A DNA stretch of 27,574 bases, from the IMG/VR virus record IMGVR_UViG_3300001750_000020, positions 1 through 27,574 of that record; one strand, written 5' to 3'. The stretch's first letter is position 1; each line of letters starts with the position of its first letter. This document shows positions 26,603-27,574 of the stretch, piece after piece. A program made the position numbers and the translations under genes. The notes beneath the pieces were generated by a model. The model ran no database searches. It was given only the letters and a program-made list of their open reading frames with translations, and had not been told where the DNA came from. Source of the stretch: a virus. Its lineage: Duplodnaviria; Caudoviricetes.

Positions 26603-26650
26603 AGTTCGGTAGGCGAATGTAGTACTTTATGTAATAGTTAGAAACAAATA

Positions 26651-26690
26651 AGGGGAGGCCAGCGCAATGCTAGCTTCCCCCTTTCTTTTG
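26651..26690. terminator. Intrinsic terminator between the convergent arms (probably bidirectional)
   Basis: GGGGAGGC...GCTTCCCC stem followed by TTTCTTTT, with an A-rich left flank. Confidence 0.8.
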
Positions 26691-26691
26691 T

Positions 26692-27042
26692 CTACCACCT
26701 AGCCTTCTCAGGTCGGGTATCTAAATGAGTGAACGAATCATAAAAACCTAATCCGTACCTATCAGAGTGTACCTTATCTAAATATGAATAGACCTCAATA
26801 GGTGCAACATCCTTCACCCTGATGTCAACAGCCCTACCTGTCAAATGCTTAGAACGACTAGCACCTCCAATAACTGCGTTATGTTTAGAACACCTAGCAG
26901 CACTTAGGATATAAACTGGACTATCAAACCGTTCACGTACAGCGGTAATTACGTTCAATGTCTCTGCATCAATCACATCAAAACCACATCCGCATTTACA
27001 ACTTACCTCTTCCCTAGTGAAGTATCTATTAATCTTTCCCAT
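26692..27042 (-). CDS. Peptidase M15A-family endolysin
   Basis: YFTREEVSCKCGC, SAARC..HN..IGGA..S.H..GRAVD and FTHLD motifs. Confidence 0.9.
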   Translation of the reverse strand: MGKINRYFTREEVSCKCGCGFDVIDAETLNVITAVRERFDSPVYILSAARCSKHNAVIGGASRSKHLTGRAVDIRVKDVAPIEVYSYLDKVHSDRYGLGFYDSFTHLDTRPEKARW

Positions 27043-27574
27043 TAGTCTCTCCCATCAAGCTTCTTACGTAAGTCACGTACACGTCTACTAATAGCAGATT
27101 GTGATATACGCTCGCTGATAGCTACCTGTCTATTAAACTCCCTGATAGCTAACCTAGCTTCCCTTCTGTCTTCTTTATCACCACTAATAAGAGCCATAGC
27201 GATACCTCGCATAAGTTTCTTCTTCTTATCCCCAGTAGTCCGTTCTATACGCTTCTCCATCCAATACTTAGATGAGTGTCTAGAGTACTCAAGCGAAGTG
27301 AAGCCCATCATCCTAGCAACAGCATCCTTAGAATCAAAGTCCTTTTCCATAAGAGTGTCATAAGCATTATGAGCTGTACCTTCAGTTCCCCATCTAACAG
27401 CCTTAGAAGTACTGGCATATATAGATGGCATGAATTTTTCCATCCCTTGATGAAACTTACCTTCTGACATTAGCTGAATACCATCAGGTACTGAGCCAAT
27501 ACGGCTACCAACAGGTCCAATTATCGAAGCCAAAACTTCATCAGCCCACTGCTTAGGTGTACCACCACCATCAG
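27042..27574 (-). CDS. C-terminal part of a large protein, probably an internal virion (ejection) protein; 5' end lies outside the window
   Basis: The frame of 27042-27533 stays open to the window edge (DGGGTPKQWADEVLASIIGPVGS...); helical, basic C-terminus; last gene before the endolysin. Confidence 0.6.
   Translation of the reverse strand, partial: DGGGTPKQWADEVLASIIGPVGSRIGSVPDGIQLMSEGKFHQGMEKFMPSIYASTSKAVRWGTEGTAHNAYDTLMEKDFDSKDAVARMMGFTSLEYSRHSSKYWMEKRIERTTGDKKKKLMRGIAMALISGDKEDRREARLAIREFNRQVAISERISQSAISRRVRDLRKKLDGRD

Overview
This window is part of a lytic dsDNA tailed-phage genome (podovirus-like, AT-rich) with two divergent arms separated by a ~1.5 kb non-coding control region (5334-6863). 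The minus strand at the left carries the packaging module: terS, terL, small genes and a portal that runs off the window. The plus strand (6864-26602) carries early small ORFs and a T7-like replication/nucleotide module: intein-containing primase-helicase, sigma-like factor, family A DNA polymerase, SSB-like protein, 5'-3' exonuclease, nucleotidyltransferase, HNH nuclease, metallophosphoesterase, ThyX, class II RNR and a Tad2/DUF2829-like protein. No phage RNA polymerase is present in the window. A terminator then separates this arm from an M15 endolysin and the 3' end of a large minus-strand gene. The most striking feature is in the essential terminase large subunit, which is broken inside its Walker A motif (SGHG|IGKS) by GGT-TAG-GT. 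A Gly codon is followed by an amber stop, and an identical Gly codon recurs 5 nt on, directly after a perfect 10-bp mRNA stem. This is the architecture expected for programmed translational bypassing (stop-hopping); an assembly error must still be excluded. Other notable items are a D-armless tRNA-like element between terS and terL, six C(GNA)G mini-hairpins in the control region, a repeat-collapsed duplicate of a pentapeptide-repeat gene, and a PolA with non-canonical dNTP-pocket residues. All family assignments come from motif recognition by eye, not database searches.
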